From Candidatus Latescibacterota bacterium (lineage in GTDB: Bacteria > Latescibacterota > UBA2968 > GCA-2709665), in contig CAXXXF010000016.1 of the NCBI GenBank assembly GCA_963667175.2, positions 32,001-96,000 on the forward strand: a stretch of 64,000 nucleotides of DNA. Reading direction: 5' to 3'. The notes under the pieces were generated by a model. The model did not search any database, had not been told where the DNA came from, and saw only the letters and a program-made list of their open reading frames with translations. Numbering within the stretch: the first letter of the stretch is position 1; the number at the start of each line of letters is the position of its first letter. The translations under genes and the position numbers were made by a program. Positions 48,688 to 57,511 of this stretch are shown in pieces.

Positions 48688-50424
48688 ATGAGCGGCCTTT
48701 GCTCGAGAGCCTACCAGCGGATACGACGACTGTTCGACGAGGACCACTGTGTGATTCTGGACGGCGGCGTCGCAACGGAACTGGAACGCATGGGGCTTCG
48801 GGACCACGCCATCAGCGATCACAGCCTGTGGGGCACGTGGGCGCTGTACCATGAACCCTATTCGGTTCTTGACGTGCACAGACGGTTCGCACAGGCCGGC
48901 TGCGACCTGATTTCAACCAACACGTGGGGGATCCTCGACGCGGCGGAGATGGGCGGACAAGGGCTGAAATCCGCGGCCGGCGTCTCGCACTGGATGGACG
49001 TTGCGCGACGTGGTATCCGGTTGGCCCGACAGGCGAATCGGGAGTCGGGCCGGGAAAACGAGTGTGCGGTGGCTTTCAGCATGAATGGAGACATCGATAC
49101 GCCTCAACGCCTGGAACGACTGCAACTGCTTTCGAGGGTATTTGCAGACGACCCGCCCGATCTCATTCTGCTGGAGACGATGTCCATTATCAGGGACGAA
49201 CTCACGCTGCCGGCGGTCGAGCTGATGATTCAATCGGAGATACCGGTGTGGCTGAGCTTTCGGCGCTGCCGGGAGGGCCTGTGCGGGGTTCACGGACAGC
49301 ACTGGGGCGGCCCGGAGGGCGATTATTTCGGCAGATTGGCCGGCCGTTTTGAACGAATGAAAATAGGCGCCCTCCTGATCAATTGTCTCCCGGTGGATCA
49401 CGTACCGGGAATGATCTCGTGGCTGAGGGATTTTACGGATCTCCCGCTGGGCGTGTACCCGAACCTGGGGCGTTACCTGGACCCGGGCTGGAAATTCGAC
49501 GAGGCCGTCGGACCCCCGCGCTTTGCCGCGCTGGCCCGTGCCTGGCGGGACGAGGGCGCGCAGATCGTCGGCGGGTGCTGCGGTGTCACACCCGATCACA
49601 TTGCCGCAGCACGGGAGGCGCTGGCCGGTACGCTGCCGGGACGAAAGCGGTTCCGGCCGCAGACAGCCGCGGCGGCCGGAAGCCGGAAGAACGCCCCGGT
49701 TGTTCCGCACCCGTGGGTGGACGCGGACGGGAGGACGCTCTTTCCGCTGCCGTTCCCTGAAATTACGTGCGATCCGGGAGTATTCGCTCCCACGCAGGGG
49801 AGCTTTCTGATCTGGAAGCACCTCTTTCGAACGGGCGCCGGGCAGGGCAAACGCTGTCTGGACGTGGGTTGCGGCACCGGAATCCTCTCCGTGCAACTCG
49901 CGTTGAACGGAGCCGAACAGGTTGTGGCAATCGATATCCAGAAAGAAGCCATCGGCAACACGATGACGAACGCATTTCGAAACGGCGTGGCCGACCGTAT
50001 TTCCGCACGGGTCGAGGACCTCTACACCTACATCCCGGAAGAGCGGTATGACCTGGTGATCGGCAGCCTCTATCAGATGCCCGTGGATCCGGTCCGGCAG
50101 ACGACCGGGCACCGACCCGCGGATTTCTGGGGCAGAAATCTATTCGATCACCTCATCGCTCTGCTGCCTGAGATGCTGGCTGATGACGGCGTCGCCTACC
50201 TGATGCAGATATCGGCCTTGAGTCAGCTTCGGTCATCCGAACTGATTTCGGCCGCCGGTCTGAAAGCAAAGGTCATCGACTTCAGCTTTTTTCACTTCAG
50301 CCCGGTATTCGATGAAAATACCGATCAGATCCGGCGGGTCTCCGAGTTGTCGGACGCCTTTCACCTGAGCTTTGGCCGGGACAACGTCATGGTGATGTAC
50401 CTGCTTGAGGTCAACTGGAATTGA
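48688..50424 (+). CDS. Homocysteine S-methyltransferase domain fused to a class I SAM-dependent methyltransferase
   Basis: N-terminal ILDGGVATELE, INC, GVYPN, GGCCG (Zn ligands); C-terminal LDVGCGTG, AIDI. Confidence 0.85.
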   Translation: MSGLCSRAYQRIRRLFDEDHCVILDGGVATELERMGLRDHAISDHSLWGTWALYHEPYSVLDVHRRFAQAGCDLISTNTWGILDAAEMGGQGLKSAAGVSHWMDVARRGIRLARQANRESGRENECAVAFSMNGDIDTPQRLERLQLLSRVFADDPPDLILLETMSIIRDELTLPAVELMIQSEIPVWLSFRRCREGLCGVHGQHWGGPEGDYFGRLAGRFERMKIGALLINCLPVDHVPGMISWLRDFTDLPLGVYPNLGRYLDPGWKFDEAVGPPRFAALARAWRDEGAQIVGGCCGVTPDHIAAAREALAGTLPGRKRFRPQTAAAAGSRKNAPVVPHPWVDADGRTLFPLPFPEITCDPGVFAPTQGSFLIWKHLFRTGAGQGKRCLDVGCGTGILSVQLALNGAEQVVAIDIQKEAIGNTMTNAFRNGVADRISARVEDLYTYIPEERYDLVIGSLYQMPVDPVRQTTGHRPADFWGRNLFDHLIALLPEMLADDGVAYLMQISALSQLRSSELISAAGLKAKVIDFSFFHFSPVFDENTDQIRRVSELSDAFHLSFGRDNVMVMYLLEVNWN

Positions 50425-50560
50425 AGGGGTCTGCAGACGCTGCCCACCGGCGCATCGTGCGGTTCGATAAACTGCGCGGCGGTTTCGCGCATCTCCGTAC
50501 CCGGCGCGCAGGAGCGATTTGCCCGGGTAGCGTGAACTCGATATACGCAGGGAATGGGAG

Positions 50561-51391
50561 ATGGACGATCGGTTCCTGAAGGGACGCGCCGCAATTGTCA
50601 CGGGAGGCGCAAGTGGACTCGGCAGGGCAATCGCGTTGCGTCTGGCGCACCGCGGCGCGGACGTCTGCATCATGTCCCTGAGCAGCCGGCGGGTGGAAAG
50701 AGTCGATAGCGAGGTCAAATACTTCGCGGACGTCGGCGAGATCGAGGCCACCCGAAGGGAGATACGGGAAACGGGTGTGCGGTGTATCGGTCTGGACGGA
50801 GACGTCAGTTCGACGTCGGACGTAGAGGAAATGATCGTCCGGACGGTCGAGACATTCGGCAGGCTGGACGTCCTGGTGAACAACGCCGCGACAAACGTGA
50901 TCCATCCCGTCCTCGGCCACGACAACCGGGCCTGGCGGCGCGTGATCGATGTCAATCTGTTCGGTCCCTACCTGTGCGCCCGGAACGCGCTGCCCCATAT
51001 GATCGAGAATGGTTGGGGACGTATCGTCTCCATCGGATCCACGAATTCCCACGTCGGCACGTCCGGTTACAGTGCTTACGCCGCATCCAAGCACGGGTTG
51101 TTGGGGTTCAGCCGATCCCTCTCGCTGGAAGTGGCCCGCCACCATATTACGGCCAATACCGTCAGCCCGGCAACGATCGAGACACCATCCGGGCAGATGC
51201 ATCTGCTCAGGTGGGCGGAAGACCAGGGACTTTCTCCCGAAGCGATGCGCGGGGAGTTCATGAAATCCTATCCGCAGGGGAGATTCCTTCGCCCGGAGGA
51301 AATCGCAGACCTGGTTGTCTATCTGTGCCGGGAAGAAGCGCGGGGAATCAACGGGGAAGATATCCGTGTGACAACGGGCGCGATGTACTGA
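50561..51391 (+). CDS. Short-chain dehydrogenase/reductase (classical)
   Basis: TGGASGLG, NNA, YAASK. Confidence 0.92.
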   Translation: MDDRFLKGRAAIVTGGASGLGRAIALRLAHRGADVCIMSLSSRRVERVDSEVKYFADVGEIEATRREIRETGVRCIGLDGDVSSTSDVEEMIVRTVETFGRLDVLVNNAATNVIHPVLGHDNRAWRRVIDVNLFGPYLCARNALPHMIENGWGRIVSIGSTNSHVGTSGYSAYAASKHGLLGFSRSLSLEVARHHITANTVSPATIETPSGQMHLLRWAEDQGLSPEAMRGEFMKSYPQGRFLRPEEIADLVVYLCREEARGINGEDIRVTTGAMY

Positions 51392-51441
51392 GATGAACCG
51401 TATGGTCCTCTCCCGGGTTTCCGATTGTGAAGGAGACGGTG

Positions 51442-52224
51442 ATGGATCTGGGATTGAAAGGCCGCAGGGCGCTGGTGACCGGCGCGAGCAAGGGCATCGG
51501 CCGGGCGATCGCATTCGAGCTGGCAACGGAAGGCGCCGACCTGGCAATCTGCGCCCGCGGACCGCGCGCTCTGGAGGAAACGGCGGCGGCGTTGAAGGCG
51601 GCAACGGGCGTGAACGTGTTCGCGGGTGCCGCGGATGTAACGGTCGACCGGGAGGTCGGGACTTTCGTGGACGGGGCCGCCGCCGCGCTGGGCGGGCTCG
51701 ACGTCCTCGTGAACAACGCCGGCAGTGCGCTTCCGGGCGCCTTCGAAGAGGTGGACGAGGTTCGCTGGCGCGCGGATCTGGACGTAAAGCTGTTCGCCGC
51801 GATGCGCTGCGTGCGTACGGCCCTGCCTCATCTGAAACAGAGCACGCAGGCAAGGATTATCAACATAAACTCGATTGTCGGACGCCAGATTGCACCGGAA
51901 TACATCGCCAACAGCACCGATCGAGCCGCGTGTCTGGCGTTCAGCAAAGGTCTGGCGGACAATCTGGCGCAGTACGGCATTCTTGTAAACAGCGTGAATC
52001 CGGGCAACGTCAGGAGCCAGGCCTGGGACAGCACGCTGGACTACTTCGCGCCGGACGCGGAACTGGAAGACTATTACGTCCGGGCGAGCCGGGAAACGCC
52101 GCTGGGCAGGGTGGCGGACGCCGGCGAGATTGCCGCGGTGGTGGCCTTTCTGGCGAGCAAGCGGGCAAGCTACATCACGGGAACTTCCATCGACGTGGAC
52201 GGCGGGCTGGCGAGGTACATCTAG
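51442..52224 (+). CDS. Short-chain dehydrogenase/reductase (atypical catalytic motif)
   Basis: MDLGLKG, TGASKGIG, NNAG; YxxxK replaced by NSTDR; VDGG. Confidence 0.9.
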   Translation: MDLGLKGRRALVTGASKGIGRAIAFELATEGADLAICARGPRALEETAAALKAATGVNVFAGAADVTVDREVGTFVDGAAAALGGLDVLVNNAGSALPGAFEEVDEVRWRADLDVKLFAAMRCVRTALPHLKQSTQARIININSIVGRQIAPEYIANSTDRAACLAFSKGLADNLAQYGILVNSVNPGNVRSQAWDSTLDYFAPDAELEDYYVRASRETPLGRVADAGEIAAVVAFLASKRASYITGTSIDVDGGLARYI

Positions 52225-52421
52225 TGTCCTGTCCCAAAAATACCTCACCATTCTTCCGCCTGCCTGCGCAGTGCCCTGCGCTGCAGGCAGGCCGATTCAT
52301 CCCGTCTCGCAGCGTTCCCTTCGCTCGCCGACCTGGCCAGGTCGCCTGCGCGCTGGCGCCTTGCGAGCCGGGCGACTCGTCGGCCGAATTCAGGCAACTT
52401 ATTTCCGGGACAGAACACTCG
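52221..52421. mobile_element. MITE-like element, long copy (201 bp)
   Basis: Left end CTAGTGTCCTGTCCCAAAAAT versus reverse-complemented right end CGAGTGTTCTGTCCCGGAAAT; homologous to 48283-48413. Confidence 0.75.
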
Positions 52422-54676
52422 TGTCCAATCCTCGTTTCGAAAGACTGTCGCCCGTCCCCGGCCTCGGGCTGGAGGGCTACGCCGACGAGATGACGCTCCC
52501 GGCCGGTGCGGAAATCGCGTTCAAGCTGGGCGGACCGCCCGGCGAGGTGAAGGTGAACCTCGCGAGGCTGATCCACGGAGACCCCGATTCCCGCGGACCG
52601 GGTTACAGGGAAGAACGTGTCTCGTGGGGACAGCCCGATCGGGTTGCGGTTGAGGAACGGACAACGGATTACGGATCGTTTGTCGAGATTCCACACGCCG
52701 CAACCCTGAATCCTGGAGGCGCGTTTACCCTGGCGCTCTGGTTTCTTCCGACGCTGGGCGGCGGGGGATGGCGCGCCCTTATGGTGAAGTGGGCGCGTGA
52801 AAACCTGTGCTACGGGATTTTCTTCGCCGGCGAGCGCTTTCTGACTGCCGCCGTGTCTCAGGACGGCAGGAAGACGCATTGGGCAACGGCCAGAGAGAAC
52901 ATCCACGTCGGCAACTGGCAGTTCGCGGCGTTCTCGTACCGTCCGGAACCGGGTGAAATCCGTCTGTATCAGCTGATCGGGGATACCGCGGGTGTGGTCG
53001 AAACCCGTTCGTCTTCCGATGCGCTGAGTTGCATATCGAAAAAAACCGGAAAAGGACCGGTGTTCGCGGGAAACGCGCCGCTGGTGTTCGGCGCCTGCCC
53101 GGAACCGGACCGGGAAGGCAGCCACTGGGCGCATTTTACGGGGAAGATCGGACACCCGGTGCTTTTTGGAACCGCTCTGGATCGGGAGGCGATCCATGCC
53201 CTCGCGGGGGGACGGGACCCCGCATCCCTCGGCCCGCTGCTGGGTTGCTGGCATCTGGGCGAGGAGGTGACCGGCGCTCGCGTCGTCGATCTTTCCGGAA
53301 ACGAGAATCACGGGCGCGCCGTAAATGCGCCGGGGCGCGCGGTTACGGGCCCGTTCTGGCGGGGAATGCCGTCCCGGCTCTATACCGATCGGCCCGGCGA
53401 TTACAACGCGATCTATCTGCACGAAGACGACCTGGAAGACGCCGGCTGGCCGACTTCCTTCGTGGCCAAAGTTCCCGCTGACGCCAGGTCAGGCATCTAT
53501 GCCCTCCGCGCCGATACGGATGCGGACGCACTCTTCGTACCGTTCATCGTGACGTCGAAGAAGCCGCTGTCGGAACTGGCATGCCTGATCCCGACGCTTA
53601 CGTGGCAGGCCTACGGCAGCAACCGCGCGGCGTACAGTTATACGGAAGACGGCGTGCTGGACCGCACCCTGTGCACCTACGACGTTCACAGCGACGGGTC
53701 GATGGTAACCTATTATTCGCGCCTGCAGCCCACGCGGGGCTGGAACCCCTGTGCGGGCTTCCAGAACTGGGGCGCGCACAATATCACCGCGAATCTTTAC
53801 CTGATTGACTGGCTGGAAGCGCTTGACTTCGAATACGACGTCTTTGCGGACGAAGACCTGCATCGCGGCGGTGTCGGGCTCCTCTCGAAATATCGATGTG
53901 TAATTCTGGGCAGCCACCCCGAATACCACACTGAAACCATGGTGGACAGCCTGGCCGCGTACGTGCGAGACGGGGGCCGCCTCGTCTATCTGAGCGGCAA
54001 TGGCCTGTACTGGGTGATGTCCATCGACCCCCGCCGTCCGCACCTGATCGAACTTCGCCGGGGAGGAGAAGGCGATTACGGCCCCACGTACGATCCCCCA
54101 CCGGGGGAATCCCAGCACAGCACGACGCTCGAACTGGGGGGCCTGTGGGCAAGGCGCGGGCGTCCGCCTCGCAGGACGGTCGGCGTGGAACATGCGTCCA
54201 ACGCCTGGATCGAAGCCGGAGAAAAAAGGGGTTTTCGTCGCCTGCCGTCGAGCCGAGACGCCAGGTACGCGTGGATTTTCAACGGCGTCGGAGAAGATGA
54301 GGCCATCGGAGACTTCGGCCTGAATCTGGGCAGCGCGGCCGGATTCGAAATGGATGCCGTGCAGGCCTGGGCATGGGACGGGTCCACGCCCGAACCCGTC
54401 GTACTCGCCCGGGCGGCGCATCCCGGATTCACCCCCGCCCGTCGCACGCACGTCCCGCCGACGGCGGACCTGGCCATTATGGTGTATCCGGGGGGAGGCG
54501 CGGTCTTTTCGGCGGGCTCCGTAACCTGGACCGGAAGTCTCTCCCACAATGATTATCTGAACAATGTCTCCGTCATCACCCGAAACGTGATTCGCAGGTT
54601 TCTGGACGCGTCTGCCGGTGGCACCGTGCTTGGAGGCGCCGTCGAAACGTCACCGCCGGGCGCATCCTCGACATGA
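52421..54676 (+). CDS. N,N-dimethylformamidase large (beta) subunit family protein with LamG domain
   Basis: LIHGD, AIYLHEDDLEDAGW, PTLTWQAY, YDVHSDGS, HPEY, YLSGNGLYW, GFEMD, GAVFSAGS; start uncertain. Confidence 0.88.
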   Translation: MSNPRFERLSPVPGLGLEGYADEMTLPAGAEIAFKLGGPPGEVKVNLARLIHGDPDSRGPGYREERVSWGQPDRVAVEERTTDYGSFVEIPHAATLNPGGAFTLALWFLPTLGGGGWRALMVKWARENLCYGIFFAGERFLTAAVSQDGRKTHWATARENIHVGNWQFAAFSYRPEPGEIRLYQLIGDTAGVVETRSSSDALSCISKKTGKGPVFAGNAPLVFGACPEPDREGSHWAHFTGKIGHPVLFGTALDREAIHALAGGRDPASLGPLLGCWHLGEEVTGARVVDLSGNENHGRAVNAPGRAVTGPFWRGMPSRLYTDRPGDYNAIYLHEDDLEDAGWPTSFVAKVPADARSGIYALRADTDADALFVPFIVTSKKPLSELACLIPTLTWQAYGSNRAAYSYTEDGVLDRTLCTYDVHSDGSMVTYYSRLQPTRGWNPCAGFQNWGAHNITANLYLIDWLEALDFEYDVFADEDLHRGGVGLLSKYRCVILGSHPEYHTETMVDSLAAYVRDGGRLVYLSGNGLYWVMSIDPRRPHLIELRRGGEGDYGPTYDPPPGESQHSTTLELGGLWARRGRPPRRTVGVEHASNAWIEAGEKRGFRRLPSSRDARYAWIFNGVGEDEAIGDFGLNLGSAAGFEMDAVQAWAWDGSTPEPVVLARAAHPGFTPARRTHVPPTADLAIMVYPGGGAVFSAGSVTWTGSLSHNDYLNNVSVITRNVIRRFLDASAGGTVLGGAVETSPPGASST

Positions 54677-54707
54677 ATGGTGGCCCAACACCGGAGAGCC
54701 CCATCCG

Positions 54708-55775
54708 ATGAACGCCGGACACTTGGAAAACCCCCGGAACCTGATGCAGCGCCTCGACGAAGACGCAGTCATCTGCGCCGAGGGATATCTGTTTGAACTC
54801 GAGCGTCGAGGGTATCTGCAGGCGGGCCCTTTCGTGCCGGAAGTCGTGCTGGAGCATCCCGAGGTCGTCGCCGGGTTGCATCGGGAGTTCTGGCGCGCGG
54901 GTTCGGACGTGATCGAGGCGTTTACGTATTACGGCCACCGCGAAAAGCTGCGCCTTATCGGCAAGGAGCACCTTCTGGAACCCCTGCAGAAGCGCGCGCT
55001 TGCGATCGCGAAATCGGTCGCCGCCTCGGTCCAGGGAGAACGTCCGCTGGTTGCCGGCAACATCTGCAATACCAACGTCTGGGATCCGGGCGATCGCGTG
55101 ACCGACGCTCGGGTAACGGAGATGTTCGACGAACAGGTGGCCTGGGCGGTCGAAGCCGGCGTCGATTTCATGATAGCCGAGACTTTCTCCTTTTTCGGCG
55201 AGGCCGCCCTGGCGTTGGCAGCCATAAAACGCGCCGGAATGTCGGCGGTCGTGACGTTTGCCCACCATCGGGAGAAAGGGCTGCGGGACGGCTTTCTGCT
55301 TGATGAGGCCGCAAAACGTCTGGAACAGGCCGGCGCCGACGTGGTGGGAGTAAACTGCACCAGAGGGCCAGAGACGATGCTGCCCGACGTGGAACGCATT
55401 CGGCGAGCGGTATCCTGCCACGTGGCGGCGTTGCCGGTGCCGTATCGAACGACTGGGGAGCAGCCCACGTTTCAGTCGCTTCGGGAGGAGGGCGCCGAAC
55501 CGCCACCCGAGGGACGTTCGTTTCCGACGGCTTTGGATCCCTTTACCTGCCACAGGTACGAAATGGCCGCGTTTGCGCGTCGGGCCTTCGATATGGGTGT
55601 CCGGTACCTGGGGGTCTGCTGCGGCTCCGGACCCCATCACGTCCGATCCATCGCCGAAGAACTGGGGCGAACCCCGCCGGCCAGCCGGTACTCGCCCGAT
55701 ATGTCCAGGCACTACGCGCTGGGGAGCGACTCCAGCCTCAAGAGCCACAATCGGGCGTTTGTCGAGAAGCTTTGA
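54708..55775 (+). CDS. Betaine-homocysteine S-methyltransferase-like enzyme
   Basis: EGYLFELERRGYLQAGPFVPEVVLEHPE..LHREF.RAGSDV, GVNCTRGP, FPTALD, GVCCG. Confidence 0.85.
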   Translation: MNAGHLENPRNLMQRLDEDAVICAEGYLFELERRGYLQAGPFVPEVVLEHPEVVAGLHREFWRAGSDVIEAFTYYGHREKLRLIGKEHLLEPLQKRALAIAKSVAASVQGERPLVAGNICNTNVWDPGDRVTDARVTEMFDEQVAWAVEAGVDFMIAETFSFFGEAALALAAIKRAGMSAVVTFAHHREKGLRDGFLLDEAAKRLEQAGADVVGVNCTRGPETMLPDVERIRRAVSCHVAALPVPYRTTGEQPTFQSLREEGAEPPPEGRSFPTALDPFTCHRYEMAAFARRAFDMGVRYLGVCCGSGPHHVRSIAEELGRTPPASRYSPDMSRHYALGSDSSLKSHNRAFVEKL

Positions 55776-55851
55776 GGCATCCCGCGGCCGCGCCGTATCC
55801 TCAATCGTACGTTCGACCGGAAGTCGCCGGCGCCACGGAGCGTTCAAGTCG

Positions 55852-57456
55852 ATGCGATCCTGTGCGGAGGCCATCGCCGAATCCCTGTACGAAGAAAAGG
55901 TCCGGTACGTTTTCGGTCATCCCGGCGGGGAGGTCGTGGACCTGATCGACGCGCTGGAAAATACCGGTATCCGGTTCGTACTGACGGGACACGAGGCCGC
56001 GGCCGCCTTCATGGCCAGCGCGATCGGACGGCTCACCGGGACGCCCGGCGTGTGCCTGGCGACGCTTGGACCGGGCGCATGCAATCTGGTGCTGGGCGTC
56101 GGCGCCGCCTATCTCGACCGGGACCCGATGCTTGCCATTTCCGCGCGTAGCGCGGCATCACGGGCCGGAGTCAGCGAGAAACAGAATCTGTCTCTCCATG
56201 AAGTGTTCGATCCCGTCTGCAAATGGTCCGTTGCCCTTGAAAAGAGCGGCGTCGAGACCACCGTGCGCTCCGCTATGGGGCATGCAGCGGCGCCGCCGGC
56301 CGGCCCGGTGTACCTCACGATCCCCAATGACGACGCGGTGGCCTACGCGTCGCCGGGCAGGGGGGCGCGGACGCCAGACCTCCCGGATTGCGCGTGCAAC
56401 GGAGATCTCGATACAATCGCAAGGGCGCTGAATCGGGCAAATCGCCCCGTCGGCGTTGTCGGGGTCGCGTTGAACGTCAGGCAGGATTCAGCCGCAGTGC
56501 GTCGGTTTTTCGCAACGTCACGCATACCGTACGTGGTCCTGCCGCAGGCCAAGGGCGTCGCGGACGAATTCGGCGCGGGATATCTTGGCACGGTGGCGTC
56601 GGCCTCGGGAGACGCCGCCCTTGTAGAGCTGATCCGGAAGAGCGATTGCCTGCTTGGCGTGGGCTTCGACCCCGTCGAGTCGGCCCAGGAATGGCATCTG
56701 CGCCAACCCGTCTACTCCGTGGCCAATGCCTCGATCGCCTTTGGCGGCTTCGCGCCGGTGTCCGAGTGCGTGGGCGACGTCACGTCCCTGCTCACTCGGC
56801 TGCTGGAAGGGGTCGACGGGCGACCGTCCTGGACGGCGGACGAAATCCACGAATCGCAGAACGCCGTCGCGGATGCGATCAGTCCCGGCACGGGCGCTAC
56901 ACCCAGGGGCGCTTCCCCTTACCATCTGCTGCGTGAACTGTACGAGGCGATGCCCGGGGAGACGATTCTGTCGGTGGACGTCGGCGCCCACAAGATGCTG
57001 ATTTCGCAGGTGTGGCGGGCGCGTTCCCCAGGGACGTTTCTAACGTCAAACGGCCTGTCCGCGATGGGCTACGGGCTGCCGTCGGCACTGGCGGCAGCGC
57101 TGATCCGGCCGGGCCGGCCGGTGGCGGGCGTGTTTGGCGACGCCGGATTCGCGATGATGGTGCAGGAGTTGGAAACGGCGCGCAGGCTGGGCGTGCGCCC
57201 GTTACTGGTGGTGCTGTGCGACCGGTCTCTGGCCATCGTAAAGGTCGCCCAGGCCATGCGCCGCATTCCGTTCCGGGGCGTGGATTTCCAACCGGTCGAC
57301 TGGGCGAAGGTCGCCGACGGCTTCGGCGCCAGGGGCGTGAACGTGACGCGTCCGGAGGAAATGCGAAGGGTGGGGGAGGAGTGGCTGGCAAAACCGGAAC
57401 TGACGGTTGTGGCCGCCCGCGTGGACGAGGAATTATACACCGCGATGGAATATTGA
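55852..57456 (+). CDS. Thiamine-diphosphate-binding enzyme (acetolactate synthase large subunit-like)
   Basis: FGHPGG, HEAAAAFMA, TLGPG, SAMGYGLP, GDAGF..QELET. Confidence 0.88.
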   Translation: MRSCAEAIAESLYEEKVRYVFGHPGGEVVDLIDALENTGIRFVLTGHEAAAAFMASAIGRLTGTPGVCLATLGPGACNLVLGVGAAYLDRDPMLAISARSAASRAGVSEKQNLSLHEVFDPVCKWSVALEKSGVETTVRSAMGHAAAPPAGPVYLTIPNDDAVAYASPGRGARTPDLPDCACNGDLDTIARALNRANRPVGVVGVALNVRQDSAAVRRFFATSRIPYVVLPQAKGVADEFGAGYLGTVASASGDAALVELIRKSDCLLGVGFDPVESAQEWHLRQPVYSVANASIAFGGFAPVSECVGDVTSLLTRLLEGVDGRPSWTADEIHESQNAVADAISPGTGATPRGASPYHLLRELYEAMPGETILSVDVGAHKMLISQVWRARSPGTFLTSNGLSAMGYGLPSALAAALIRPGRPVAGVFGDAGFAMMVQELETARRLGVRPLLVVLCDRSLAIVKVAQAMRRIPFRGVDFQPVDWAKVADGFGARGVNVTRPEEMRRVGEEWLAKPELTVVAARVDEELYTAMEY

Positions 57457-57511
57457 CGTCACGAGGCGTTTTCGGCGCCGGACGGACCAGAATGTGAACG
57501 TGAGGCAACCC

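Noticed and set aside
52130-52420. N-terminal extension of the 848-aa DMFase ORF
   Set aside because: It overlaps the SDR gene and translates the MITE-like element
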